Counted from the first letter of the stretch, positions 19,940 to 29,626 are shown. The stretch is 55,334 nucleotides of DNA from Candidatus Omnitrophota bacterium (GCA_020053475.1 JAGVNC010000099.1:1-55334); one strand, 5' to 3'. Numbers and translations are program-made. The notes: generated by a model not told the origin, from the sequence alone.

Positions 19940-20842
19940 ATGGGCATCAACTATAATCAAGTTTTTGTGAATGCCAATCGTGCCGGTAAAGGGATGAAAA
20001 TGGCGTTCATTAATATTTCCCTTAGCATGTTTCTTTCGGCGGTAAAAATTGTTACAGGATTCTTAGGCCACAGCTACGCTTTGATTACGGATGGGATTGA
20101 GTCTCTCGTGGATATTTTTTCATCAACAGTTGTGTGGGGCGGATTAAAGATTGGAGTTCGTCCGCCGGACAGTAATCACCCCTTTGGCTATGGCAAAGCC
20201 GAGTCCTTGGCTGCAATGATTGTTTCAGGGACATTGCTCGGCGTCGCTATTGGCATTGCGATTCAAAGCGTTAAAGAAATTTTGACTCCCCATCATACTC
20301 CAGCTTTATTCACTTTGTTTGTGTTAGTGGGTGTTATTTTAGTTAAAGAATTGATGTATCGATTTTTATTAAAGACTGGGGAAGAGATTGACAGTAATGC
20401 TCTCAAAGCGGATGCCTGGCATAGCCGATCAGATGCCCTGACCTCCTTAGCCGCATTTATTGGGATTTCGATTTCTTTGATAGGGGGGAAAGGGTATGAA
20501 AGTGCAGATGATTGGGCCGCGCTTTTTGCCAGCGGAGTGATTTTTTTCAATGGGTTTAGGCTCCTGAAATCAGCCGTTGCCGATATTATGGATGCCGCAG
20601 TATCTCTTGATTTTGAGGGCAAGGTTAAGAGCCTATCGAAAACAGTGCCGGGAGTGATCGATATTGAAAAATGCCGGATAAGAAAAAGCGGATTAGACTT
20701 TTTTATTGAAATACATATTATTGTTGATGGGAAGATTTCTGTCGCGGAAGGCCATCGCATTGGACATGAGGTTAAGCAGGCTTTATTTAATGCGGACTTG
20801 TGTATTATTGATGTTGTCACTCATGTTGAGCCTGTTGCTTGA
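19940..20842 (+). CDS. Cation diffusion facilitator (FieF-like) transporter
   Basis: ALITDGIESLVD, HPFGYGKAE, ADAWHSRSD, C-terminal HVEP. Confidence 0.92.
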   Translation: MGINYNQVFVNANRAGKGMKMAFINISLSMFLSAVKIVTGFLGHSYALITDGIESLVDIFSSTVVWGGLKIGVRPPDSNHPFGYGKAESLAAMIVSGTLLGVAIGIAIQSVKEILTPHHTPALFTLFVLVGVILVKELMYRFLLKTGEEIDSNALKADAWHSRSDALTSLAAFIGISISLIGGKGYESADDWAALFASGVIFFNGFRLLKSAVADIMDAAVSLDFEGKVKSLSKTVPGVIDIEKCRIRKSGLDFFIEIHIIVDGKISVAEGHRIGHEVKQALFNADLCIIDVVTHVEPVA

Positions 20843-20865
20843 TATTCAATAGGGGTTAACCTCGT

Positions 20866-21276
20866 TCCCGTGAAAGGCAAAGCCTTTCCGGGATTAAATC
20901 CCCGCCAGGGCGGGGCCAGCCCAGTTTGTCGCGTAGGCAGAACTTCGCTTGTTGACGTTCTGCCTTTTGTTTTTGTGGGCAGGGGAAGGTGCATCCGGTT
21001 GATGTCGTATTTAAAAGAAGAGATTTATCAGATAATGCTCGCATGCGAGCATGCTCGCAAATTTTTATAGTAAGCGACAATTTGTTGCATTATAATGATT
21101 TATAATTTTTTCGTAAATGGAATGGACTTAGCGTATAAAGCGTTTGTGATGTAATTCAATGCGCCGCCTTAAACGGTCCTTTATCCGCCTTCGCAGAATA
21201 CCACGGCTTTTAGTCCCGTGAAATGCGAAGCATTTCCGGGATTGAATCCCTGAAATCGCTGTGCGATTTCTAGGGA
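20866..21276. repeat. Three copies of a tcccgtgaaa...tttccggga REP-like hairpin
   Basis: Copies at 20866-20893, 21214-21241 and 21247-21276, with covarying inner stems (ggc/gcc, tgc/gca, tcgc/gcga). Confidence 0.7.
20935..20975 (+). terminator. Intrinsic terminator after the CDF gene
   Basis: aggcagaac...gttctgcct stem followed by a T-rich tract. Confidence 0.6.
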
Positions 21277-21311
21277 CCGTTTGATGGCGCCTTTTTAAAA
21301 AGAATATTACG

Positions 21312-21992
21312 ATGCCTTTATCTCTAGAGTTTAATGATATCGCCCTTTTCAAAAATCTTTCTTTAAAGGAATTGCGGTATTTACAAAAATGTCTGAAAGA
21401 AAGAATTTTAAAGAAGGGGGAAATCCTGTTTGAACAATCGCAGCCCTGCGAGAATATTATTATTGTGAAATCAGGGAGGGTAAAGATTTTCCGTTTGTCT
21501 TCGGGAGGACAAGAGCAAATCCTTGAAGTATTACTGCCAGGGGATACATGTGCCTGTAATCCCGGCAGAGTAGAGTGGGCCTGCTCTTCATGGGCAGAAG
21601 CCCTTAGCGACTGTACAGTGTGGACTCTGGGGCGAAGGCATTATGTTGACATGGTTAAAAATAATCCTAAATTAGCCCATGCTCTTTCCGATATTTTTGC
21701 TAAAAGATTATGTAAATTTTGTGCGCTCATTGAACAAGTTTCTTTAGAAACACCTCAGCGCCGGTTGGTTAAATTTTTGTTGGATATGCTTGATTCACCA
21801 GAATGCCGCGGTCAGAAAGAACTTTGTTTAAGCTTCCCCTTCACTCATGAGGAAATAGCCCAGCGTTTAGGGCTTGTCCGTGAAACTGTTTCCCGGCAGT
21901 TAATGCACCTCAAAAAGTTGAAATTAATTCAAATCGACCGCGATAAAATAACAATTTGTGATCAAAAAGCCCTAGAAAATATCCTCTCTTAA
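21312..21992 (+). CDS. Crp/Fnr family transcriptional regulator
   Basis: cNMP-type domain (VKSGRVKIFR...GQEQILEV) and C-terminal HTH THEEIAQRLGLVRETVSR. Confidence 0.93.
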   Translation: MPLSLEFNDIALFKNLSLKELRYLQKCLKERILKKGEILFEQSQPCENIIIVKSGRVKIFRLSSGGQEQILEVLLPGDTCACNPGRVEWACSSWAEALSDCTVWTLGRRHYVDMVKNNPKLAHALSDIFAKRLCKFCALIEQVSLETPQRRLVKFLLDMLDSPECRGQKELCLSFPFTHEEIAQRLGLVRETVSRQLMHLKKLKLIQIDRDKITICDQKALENILS

Positions 21993-22014
21993 TCATTTTA
22001 TCATTTTCCCCGGT

Positions 22015-22057
22015 TGTGACTGCAGTCACAGACAACTTCCTTTAAGTTTTATATAAT
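22015..22057 (+). promoter_or_regulatory. CRP-type box with class II promoter
   Basis: Perfect TGTGA-ctgcag-TCACA at 22015-22030 and TATAAT at 22052-22057. The box centre is at -41.5 if +1 is 22064. Confidence 0.8.
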
Positions 22058-22063
22058 CTAGCC

Positions 22064-22624
22064 GTGAAGATTAAAGCCGTCCAGAGAGGGCGAGATTATT
22101 TTTTCAAACATCTCGTTGATGAAGAGAAGGCTTCTGTCCTTTCCAAATTGGAACAGTTAGAGAAAGCGCTTTTGGGCCTGCAATATGAGGGGAAGGTATC
22201 TTCATCTAATCATATTAAAAAAATTGAAGAGATCGTGTGTTTCCTTAGAAAGAAGTACCAAGAGCATACCAAACTTGACGAGAAGATCATATTCCCGTTT
22301 TTATCAAAACATGTCCCCAGGCTTTACCCCACATTGCAATTTTTAAAAATGGAAAGCCAAGATTTTCAAGGCATCTTTGAAATATTTGACAAGGTTTTAT
22401 CAGAGTTTAAAGGAAAAAATAAGATACTTTTACGCAATAGCATTATTGAGCAAGTACGGGATAAAGGGATTTATTTGGTTTGTTTGATAAAAAACCACAT
22501 TCATTTGGAAGAAAAGAGTGTTTATCGGGCCATTTTTCAAGAGTTACATCAGGAAGAAAGAAATCTTCTGCAAGAAGAAATAAAGCTTTTTTTGCTGAAG
22601 GATGGTAAAAAACTAAAAAAATGA
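22064..22624 (+). CDS. Hemerythrin/HHE-domain-like protein (degenerate)
   Basis: EHTKLDEKIIFP and NHIHLEEKSVY HxxxE(E) motifs in a helical protein. Confidence 0.7.
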   Translation: MKIKAVQRGRDYFFKHLVDEEKASVLSKLEQLEKALLGLQYEGKVSSSNHIKKIEEIVCFLRKKYQEHTKLDEKIIFPFLSKHVPRLYPTLQFLKMESQDFQGIFEIFDKVLSEFKGKNKILLRNSIIEQVRDKGIYLVCLIKNHIHLEEKSVYRAIFQELHQEERNLLQEEIKLFLLKDGKKLKK

Positions 22625-22955
22625 TGTTTGGAACACAGTATTCTTTGTCTCGATCAATTTTTAAAATACGAATGCGAAGATTTTTGAATTAGATTTTCCT
22701 TTAAGTTCTCGTTTAGGAAGATTTAAGGTTGATTTTGGAGAAGAAACATTTTCCGACAATCCAGTCAAGGGTGTCTTAACCTCTAATTCCGCCGGCAAAG
22801 TTTCGGGGGTTGAACGAAAGTGAAAAAAAATAACTTCTAAGTAAAGTGAGGGCGTGTTCATGTGCTCGTAATTATCTGAATCGTATCTGAATCGTAGAGG
22901 GGGAAACCGAATTGGTAGGTTTTCTGATTATAAAATTTAATAAGGAGGGAAGGCA

Positions 22956-24191
22956 ATGACGAGATATTCTCAAAGAATTTTCCAAGCACTATTTTTTTCG
23001 CTGACGTTATTAGCGATAGCGACCTTTTCTTGCGAGGCCTCGGATGGGCCTACAGGGGGAGACTGGGAAGAGCGATTCAAAACCCTCGAGAGCCGTGTCG
23101 GAGAACTTGAGGCTGAAAATAGTGCACTTAAGGACGAGGTCAAAACGTTAAAAATTCAACGCCAGGCACAGGAAGCTCCCATTTCTGGTTCTTCGGATCA
23201 GATTACCACTCTTAAGGAGCGTGTGACCAAAGTTGAGAAAGGATTATCCAAACAAGTACAGGTGGGGACGGGAAGTTTAAAAATTACCGGGCTTCTGCAG
23301 GGATGGTATGTGGTCGATCAGGATGCCAACGACCGCTTTCGTTTGCGCCGTTCTGAAATTAAATTCGCAGGAAAAATCGCCGAAGAACAACCCATCGAGT
23401 ATACCGTTATGATTGATCCAGCCCAACTGACAGAAGATGCATCACGAAAGAGTCCCTTGCAAGATGCTTTCATTACCTTGGGGTACATTCCACATCATAC
23501 CATTGACATTGGTCAGTACAAGGTCGGCCTAGGGGAAGAGGGAACGCGTTCCTCTGCCAAGATTGATACCATCGAGAGAGCTTATATCTCAAGAACGTTT
23601 GGTGACCAGCGGGATATCGGGGTCCGCCTGTCCGGCAAATGGCCGTATGTGGATTATAACGTGGGTGTTTTTAATGGTTCGGGGATGAACCAAGCCGATG
23701 CAAATGATCAAAAAGATATTGCCGGGCGGATGGTTTTTAAACCTTTTAAAGATAGCGAAAAATTAAAAGGTTTGGAAATGGGCGTTTCCGGCTATCATCG
23801 TCCAGCCCATGGAAATACCTTTGCGAAAAAAAGACTTGGGTTTGAATCACGTTATGAATACAAGAAATTCTCCATTAAAGGCGAATACATGAGCGGACAG
23901 GGAACAGCCTCATCAAGCGCCACGACCGAGAACAGGACTTTAGCCAACGGCTGGTATAGCCAACTGGGGTATTATTTTGTTCCCAAACTGCAAGGGGTCT
24001 TAAAATATGAGCAATATGATCCTAATGAAGAGGCCGCGAATGATAGGGCTCAAGAGACCACAGCAGGTTTAAATTATTTTATCGAAAAATACAATGCCAA
24101 ATTGCAGCTCAATTACATTCATAAAGATGAACAAAAAGCAAGCGAAGTGAATAACGACCAGGTTATTGGTGCCATCCAGGTGGCCTTCTAA
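22956..24191 (+). CDS. Outer-membrane porin, OprO/OprP-like, with N-terminal coiled coil
   Basis: Signal peptide, coiled coil, FRLRRSEIKFAG, GQYK, RDIGV, GVFNGSG, terminal IQVAF; strong RBS aggagg. Confidence 0.8.
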   Translation: MTRYSQRIFQALFFSLTLLAIATFSCEASDGPTGGDWEERFKTLESRVGELEAENSALKDEVKTLKIQRQAQEAPISGSSDQITTLKERVTKVEKGLSKQVQVGTGSLKITGLLQGWYVVDQDANDRFRLRRSEIKFAGKIAEEQPIEYTVMIDPAQLTEDASRKSPLQDAFITLGYIPHHTIDIGQYKVGLGEEGTRSSAKIDTIERAYISRTFGDQRDIGVRLSGKWPYVDYNVGVFNGSGMNQADANDQKDIAGRMVFKPFKDSEKLKGLEMGVSGYHRPAHGNTFAKKRLGFESRYEYKKFSIKGEYMSGQGTASSSATTENRTLANGWYSQLGYYFVPKLQGVLKYEQYDPNEEAANDRAQETTAGLNYFIEKYNAKLQLNYIHKDEQKASEVNNDQVIGAIQVAF

Positions 24192-24202
24192 GGAGGTGAC
24201 GA

Positions 24203-25042
24203 ATGGCTACGCCGACTAAATCAGAAACGATGTTTGAGGAGGTTATTGATCAGCAATTGGGACGCCGGTCATTCTTAAAGTTAACAGCGCTGGGCATTGT
24301 CAGCGCCGCGGCAGCGACACTTCCGGCAGAAATAGCGGAAGCCGCTAAAGAAGCTGTGACAAAGCGGAAGTTCCGTTACGGAATGGTGATTGATCTAAGA
24401 CGATGCGTAAACTGCAAGGCCTGCACGATTGCCTGCAAGCTGGAGAATAAAACACCTCCCGGAGTTGAATATAATCCGGTCATTGAAGAGGAGATAGGGG
24501 AGTATCCGTATGTCAAGCGCAACTGGTTTCCCAAACCATGTTTTCATTGTGAGAATCCTCCTTGTACGAATGTCTGCCCTGTAAGCGCTACTTATAAAAG
24601 ACCGGAAGATGGGATTGTGGTTGTTGATTACAAAAAATGTATCGGGTGCCGTTATTGCATCACGGCCTGTCCTTACGGAGCGCGTTATTTTGATTTTGGC
24701 GAGAATTATCCGGCGCAAGAAACGGATTATGGAAAGATCCTTTCGCCGGAATTTAAAGGAGAATATGGTCTGCGCAAAGAAGGCAAGAGCCCTGATGGGA
24801 ATGTCCGTAAATGCACTTTTTGCTTACATCTTCAGGATGAAAAGGGGCATTATAGCCGCCCACCCGCATGTTCTGAAACGTGCATGGCTAAAGCGATTCA
24901 TTTTGGCGATTTCGGTGAGAATTCCGATGGTGGCTGTATTACTCATCAGGATTGTAATTTAAAACAGCTCTTGGTGGCAAGAAGATGGATTCGATTAAAA
25001 GAAGAATTAGGAACTGAACCCAATGTTTATTATCTAATGTGA
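24203..25042 (+). CDS. Tat-exported 4Fe-4S electron-transfer subunit (NrfC/PsrB/ArrB-like)
   Basis: GRRSFL Tat motif and four Cys groups (CVNCKACTIAC, CFHCENPPCTNVCP, CIGCRYCITACP, CTFC...CSETC). Confidence 0.92.
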   Translation: MATPTKSETMFEEVIDQQLGRRSFLKLTALGIVSAAAATLPAEIAEAAKEAVTKRKFRYGMVIDLRRCVNCKACTIACKLENKTPPGVEYNPVIEEEIGEYPYVKRNWFPKPCFHCENPPCTNVCPVSATYKRPEDGIVVVDYKKCIGCRYCITACPYGARYFDFGENYPAQETDYGKILSPEFKGEYGLRKEGKSPDGNVRKCTFCLHLQDEKGHYSRPPACSETCMAKAIHFGDFGENSDGGCITHQDCNLKQLLVARRWIRLKEELGTEPNVYYLM

Positions 25043-25050
25043 GGCGCCAT

Positions 25051-26181
25051 ATGATTAAAAAATTGTTGTGGGGTGTTTGGTTAGTCTTTTTTGGTATTGG
25101 GGCCGTAGGGGTCTGGCAAAGATTAGTCTATGGGCATCACTTCGCAAATTATGGATCGTTTGTGCCCTGGGGATTATGGGTTGCAGCTTATATTTACTTT
25201 GTAGGGCTATCAGCGGGATCATTTCTTCTCTCTTCTTTAATTTATGTGTTTAATGTGAAGCAATTGGAGCCCATAGGGCGATTATCACTTGTTACCGCGA
25301 CAATCACTTTATTTATGGCTTTGCTTTCCATCTGGTTTGATATTGGCCACATGGAACGCTTTTGGTATGTATTTGCCAGCCCCAATTTTCATTCGATGAT
25401 GGCCTGGATGATTTGGCTTTATACAGCGTATTTTATTTTATTGCTCGCAGAACTGTACACCGTCTTTCAAAACCATAGTGAGAAGCAGCAAAGAATTATG
25501 AAAATACTCGGCTCAATAGGAGTTCCTTTGGCTATTGCTTTTCACGGCGGGGTGGGCGCACTTTTTGGCGTTGTCGGTGCAAGAATATATTGGCATTCCT
25601 CGATGTTTCCAATTTTATTTTTAACCGGGGCGCTAACTTCCGGAGGGGCATTATTGTTGGCTATTGTTGCGTGGTTTTGGCCTCACAAAAATGTTCAGCA
25701 TCAACAGCTTGTTCGGTTCCTCGCCCAAATCACTCTAGGTTTATTGTTATTCGATTTACTTTTGGAATGGGCTGAAATTTCTATTCCGCTTTGGGGGGGC
25801 ATGACAGAGCATACAGCCAGCTTAAAACTTATCTTATTTGGCCCTTATTGGTGGGTCTTCTGGATTCTTCACTTATTCATGGGAACTCTAGTCCCGATTA
25901 TCCTTCTTCTTAAAGGACTTAAGAAACCCTATGTAGCAGGTTGGGGCGGGGCATTGATTGCAATCTTGTTTTTGACGGTACGTTTAAATTTGGTTATTCC
26001 GGGGCAAGCCGTTCCTATTCTTTCAGGGATCGAGGAGGCCATTAAAAATCATCGATTAACGACAGCCTACGTACCCAGTCTTCATGAATGGATGGTGTTA
26101 TCATTCATTGTTTGTTTAGGAATACTTGTCTTTAGCCTTGCAAAAAGAAAATTAAACATCTTCCATTTGGAAGCGAGGTGA
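25051..26181 (+). CDS. NrfD/PsrC-family membrane anchor
   Basis: VPWGLWVAAYIYFVGLSAG, DIGHMERF, FHGGVGALFG. Confidence 0.9.
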   Translation: MIKKLLWGVWLVFFGIGAVGVWQRLVYGHHFANYGSFVPWGLWVAAYIYFVGLSAGSFLLSSLIYVFNVKQLEPIGRLSLVTATITLFMALLSIWFDIGHMERFWYVFASPNFHSMMAWMIWLYTAYFILLLAELYTVFQNHSEKQQRIMKILGSIGVPLAIAFHGGVGALFGVVGARIYWHSSMFPILFLTGALTSGGALLLAIVAWFWPHKNVQHQQLVRFLAQITLGLLLFDLLLEWAEISIPLWGGMTEHTASLKLILFGPYWWVFWILHLFMGTLVPIILLLKGLKKPYVAGWGGALIAILFLTVRLNLVIPGQAVPILSGIEEAIKNHRLTTAYVPSLHEWMVLSFIVCLGILVFSLAKRKLNIFHLEAR

Positions 26182-26186
26182 TATCC

Positions 26187-28637
26187 ATGCATCCCATAAA
26201 TCGTCGAGAATTTCTGAAGTTAACTGGTGTTGTCGGAAGCGGTATTTTAGGGGCCGGGGCCTTAAGGCCTCTTAAGGCCATTGCAAAGGAAGAATTGGGG
26301 CGCGGGCCGTACGATAACGGCAAATGGATTCCTTCTTGCTGTCATATGTGCGGAGGAACGACCGGGATTATGTGCCAGGTCGTGGACGGGCGCCTTGTTC
26401 GCATTAAACCGAATAATCATAATCCGGTAGGTTTTACGAATATCTCTGATGATTTCTTCGCCAACGCTGACAAAGAAGGGGCCGTGATGTGTCCTAAGGG
26501 GAATGCGGGAATCATGGCGCTTTATGATCCGGACCGCGTTCGACAACCTTTGCGAAGGACCAATCCGCAGAAAGGGATCGGCATTGATCCTCAGTGGAAA
26601 GTTATTTCGTGGGAAGAGGCTTATTCAGAAATTGTGTCGAAACTTAAAAACCTCCGTGATGCCGGAGAGGCCCATCAGTTACTTTGGTTTTCCGAGGATC
26701 ATTGCTTTACCCATATTCAAGATGATTTCTGTAAATTGTTTGGAACGCCCAATTACAATATGCACTCAAATCTTTGCGATGTTGGGCGGAAGGCCTCTTT
26801 TAAAATTCTCATGGGCGATGAGCGGCCCCTCATCGACGCTATTAATTCTAAATATATGCTGATCTTTGGTTGGAATCCTTTGTCAGCCACCAAGTGGTCT
26901 CATTTACCCAGGATCATTACCAGAGGAGTGGAACGGGGAGCTAAGTTGGTCGTTGTGGATCCGCATCTTTCTTATACCGCATCGAAAGCCCATCAATGGG
27001 TTCCTCTTCGGCCAGGGACAGACGGAGCTCTGGCTTTAGCCATGGCCCATGTCATTCTTCGTGATAATCTTCAAGACCAGGCTTTCATCGATGAATGGGT
27101 GACGGGGTTTACTGAATTCCGCGAATATGTAAAAGATAAAACACCTCAATGGGCGGAAGGGATTACGACGGTCCCAGCCAAAACTATCGAGCAGGTTGCC
27201 CGTGAATTTGCTTCAACAAAACCGGCCTTGGTGGATGTTTGGTCAGGCACACATCATACCAATGGCGTTTATGCAGGCTGGGCCATCGGGAGTCTGGCCG
27301 TAATTACAGGCAATGTTGAAAAGCCAGGGACCCTTGTATTGCCGGATAAGAAAGGTAATAAACATATTGAAGTCGAAGCGGATGAAGCCGCTAAAGTAAC
27401 TTTAAAGCAGCCGCGTTTTGACGGCGGGAAAGACAAATATCCTTATTTCAACAAATCGGGAGTTTATGCCGAGATCATCAATCGTTTGAGCAAAGGGGGC
27501 GGTCCTTACCAGCCAAAGATGGGGATGATTGTTTTTCAAAATCTTCTTATGGCGGTTGTTGGCACAAAGAATGTTGAAACTGCGCTTCGGAAATTTGAGT
27601 TCCTTGTTGTGGTCGATACGATGTTGAGTGAGACAGCAGAATTTGCCGATATTGTGATCCCCGGCACAACTTATCTTGAGCGTTACGATTTGAATAATCA
27701 TTGGGTGACTTGGCCGATCCTTGGGTTACGTCAGCCCGTTGTGAAACCGCTTTTTGGCCAGCCGGCGGAATATGAATTTGTCTGTGAACTTGGCCGACGG
27801 CTTGGTCTGAAAGAAGGGAATGGAGGAGATTTCTTCTGGACAGGGCATATGTCTCATCAGAGGATCGAGGATAAGACAAAATGGTATGAAGAGCTTTTGA
27901 GTAAAGAATTAAAAGAAGGGGAGCCGAAGATCACACTTGAAGAGTTGAAAGCGCTCCCTGGCGCCACATGGGTCAGTAAAAATGGAACAAAATACAATAA
28001 GCATACGGGTGCCATTGCGCCTGAAAAAGTACAGGATGCCTTTACCGAAGGGGCTCTTCTTTTTTCAAAGAAAAAAGACGGATCCAAAGACAAACAGATT
28101 GGTATGCTTAAAGCAGATGGGACAGCTGTTCGCGGCTTCATGACACCTTCCGGCAAATTGGAGTTGTACGCCGCCAAACATACCGGTAAAAAAGATGCCA
28201 ATGGAAAAGAACTTTCTCCCTTGCCTGCCTATGAACCGCGGGAGTGGCAACCGGACGATAAATATCCATTGTATTTGATTAACTGGAAAGAGGCGTCCCA
28301 GACACACTCGCGCACGCAGAATAATGCGTTTTTAGCAGAGATTAAATCCACGGATGGATTGCGAATGAATAAAAAAACAGCCCAGCGACTTGGGATTAGC
28401 CAGCATGATGAAGTATGGGTTGAATCGCCTTACGGAAAAGTAAAAATGAAAATTGAATTAACTGAAGGGATCCATCCTGAAGTGGTCGGGACCCAGCATG
28501 GCTGGGGACACTGGGCCTTGGGGCGCATTGCCAAGGGCCGTGGGGCTCATACCGGGATTTTGGCACCGACAAAACCCTGTGCTCTGTCTGGTCAATCCCT
28601 TAACAAGGAGATTTGTGTGAATGTTACCAAAGCTTGA
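26187..28637 (+). CDS. Tat-exported DMSO-reductase-family molybdopterin oxidoreductase catalytic subunit (ArrA/PsrA-related)
   Basis: NRREFLK Tat motif, CCHMC...MCPKG FS0 region, LYDPDRV, HSNLCD (probable Mo-ligating Cys), RPGTDGALALA, SETAEFADIVIP, THSRTQNN. RBS gaggtg precedes ATG 26187. Confidence 0.9.
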   Translation: MHPINRREFLKLTGVVGSGILGAGALRPLKAIAKEELGRGPYDNGKWIPSCCHMCGGTTGIMCQVVDGRLVRIKPNNHNPVGFTNISDDFFANADKEGAVMCPKGNAGIMALYDPDRVRQPLRRTNPQKGIGIDPQWKVISWEEAYSEIVSKLKNLRDAGEAHQLLWFSEDHCFTHIQDDFCKLFGTPNYNMHSNLCDVGRKASFKILMGDERPLIDAINSKYMLIFGWNPLSATKWSHLPRIITRGVERGAKLVVVDPHLSYTASKAHQWVPLRPGTDGALALAMAHVILRDNLQDQAFIDEWVTGFTEFREYVKDKTPQWAEGITTVPAKTIEQVAREFASTKPALVDVWSGTHHTNGVYAGWAIGSLAVITGNVEKPGTLVLPDKKGNKHIEVEADEAAKVTLKQPRFDGGKDKYPYFNKSGVYAEIINRLSKGGGPYQPKMGMIVFQNLLMAVVGTKNVETALRKFEFLVVVDTMLSETAEFADIVIPGTTYLERYDLNNHWVTWPILGLRQPVVKPLFGQPAEYEFVCELGRRLGLKEGNGGDFFWTGHMSHQRIEDKTKWYEELLSKELKEGEPKITLEELKALPGATWVSKNGTKYNKHTGAIAPEKVQDAFTEGALLFSKKKDGSKDKQIGMLKADGTAVRGFMTPSGKLELYAAKHTGKKDANGKELSPLPAYEPREWQPDDKYPLYLINWKEASQTHSRTQNNAFLAEIKSTDGLRMNKKTAQRLGISQHDEVWVESPYGKVKMKIELTEGIHPEVVGTQHGWGHWALGRIAKGRGAHTGILAPTKPCALSGQSLNKEICVNVTKA

Positions 28638-29313
28638 AAATCAGGAGAATCAAGCACTGTTAAACCAGGAAATCGCCGGGGGGTATTTCTTGTTTGCCAG
28701 TCTTTTTTATCAGCCCCCCAGGCAGGATTTTTTAAAGATGATCATCGAGGCCCAACTTTTAACCCAAGCCAGGAATATTCATCATCAAGGTATTGAGCCA
28801 CTGGCTAAAAGTATTGAGGACCCCCGGTGGCTTCATCAAGAAGAAAAAATTGCGGTTGAATTCGCTTCTTTGTTTGTGGTCCCTGGGCAAGGCATGATAA
28901 CCCCTTACGAATCTTATTATTGCGATACACTCATCATTGATCATTCAACGGCGTGTTCTCCCTATTTTCAATCCCAAGAAGGGTCTGTGGGTTTAAAAGG
29001 GTTTTTGGGAGGAAATTCTAACCAGTCTGTTCAGGCCCTTTATAAAAAATTTGGATTTGAGATCAATCCCGCCTTTTTTGATTTACCCGATCATGTCTCC
29101 GCCGAGTTGGAATTTATTGGCAAACTTTACGAATCGGGATATTATGCGGAAGCAGAAAATTTCCATCAAAAACATTTGGGTAGATGGGTCGGATTGTTTT
29201 TAAATAAACTTTCTGGGCAGGCAAAGTCAAGTTTTTACAGAGCTGTCGCCGAAAGTCTCCAAGGATTTTTGTCGATGTATGATGGAAGGAGGGACGGAAA
29301 ATGTTTGGACTAG
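28621..29313 (+). CDS. TorD/DmsD family maturation chaperone
   Basis: PYESYY and PDHVSAELEFIG motifs, HLGRWV. Confidence 0.88.
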   Translation: MLPKLENQENQALLNQEIAGGYFLFASLFYQPPRQDFLKMIIEAQLLTQARNIHHQGIEPLAKSIEDPRWLHQEEKIAVEFASLFVVPGQGMITPYESYYCDTLIIDHSTACSPYFQSQEGSVGLKGFLGGNSNQSVQALYKKFGFEINPAFFDLPDHVSAELEFIGKLYESGYYAEAENFHQKHLGRWVGLFLNKLSGQAKSSFYRAVAESLQGFLSMYDGRRDGKCLD

Positions 29314-29465
29314 GAATGCCAGAGTTGATTGTTATATTTTTCATCATTTTGATTTTGTTTGGGGGTAGTCGAGTCGTAGATATTGCCAAGGGTTTGGGCA
29401 AGTCGATCAAGGAATTCAAGAATGCAGTATCCGACAAAGAAAACTCCTCTCAAACCAAGACATAA
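29301..29465 (+). CDS. tatA: Twin-arginine translocase TatA (54 aa, missed by the ORF track)
   Basis: MFGLGMPELIVIFFIILILFGGSRVVDIAKGLGKSIKEFK; RBS aggagg. Confidence 0.92.
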   Translation: MFGLGMPELIVIFFIILILFGGSRVVDIAKGLGKSIKEFKNAVSDKENSSQTKT

Positions 29466-29473
29466 CGTATAAC

Positions 29474-29624
29474 GCTCCGAGTCCTATGGCCTACGTTCGC
29501 TCGCGTCGTGAGTGAATATGGTTTATGGACCGATTCGGGGTATCTCGCGGGAAACCGAATACCCTCCTCGTAACTGCTGATAAAAGCAGGTTATCCGATT
29601 TACTCGGGTAGTTTGGAAAGGGGC
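29474..29624 (+). ncRNA. Moco (molybdenum cofactor) riboswitch-like leader
   Basis: gctccgag...ggcctacg...tatggtt...gggtat..cgg-gaaa-ccg..ccctcc...ttggaaaggggc follows the landmark order of the Moco RNA motif. The closing stem gctcc/ggggc overlaps the tatC RBS. Confidence 0.75.
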
Positions 29625-29626
29625 CT

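Noticed and set aside
22621-22861. ORF 22661-22861 (-) and a startless + strand frame (NAKIFELDFP...VERK)
   Set aside because: No start or RBS and no recognisable motif; may be a gene remnant but cannot be supported.
26187-28637. Naming the gene arrA or arxA
   Set aside because: The RGRY and GRGWG signatures are absent; substrate cannot be assigned without a phylogeny.
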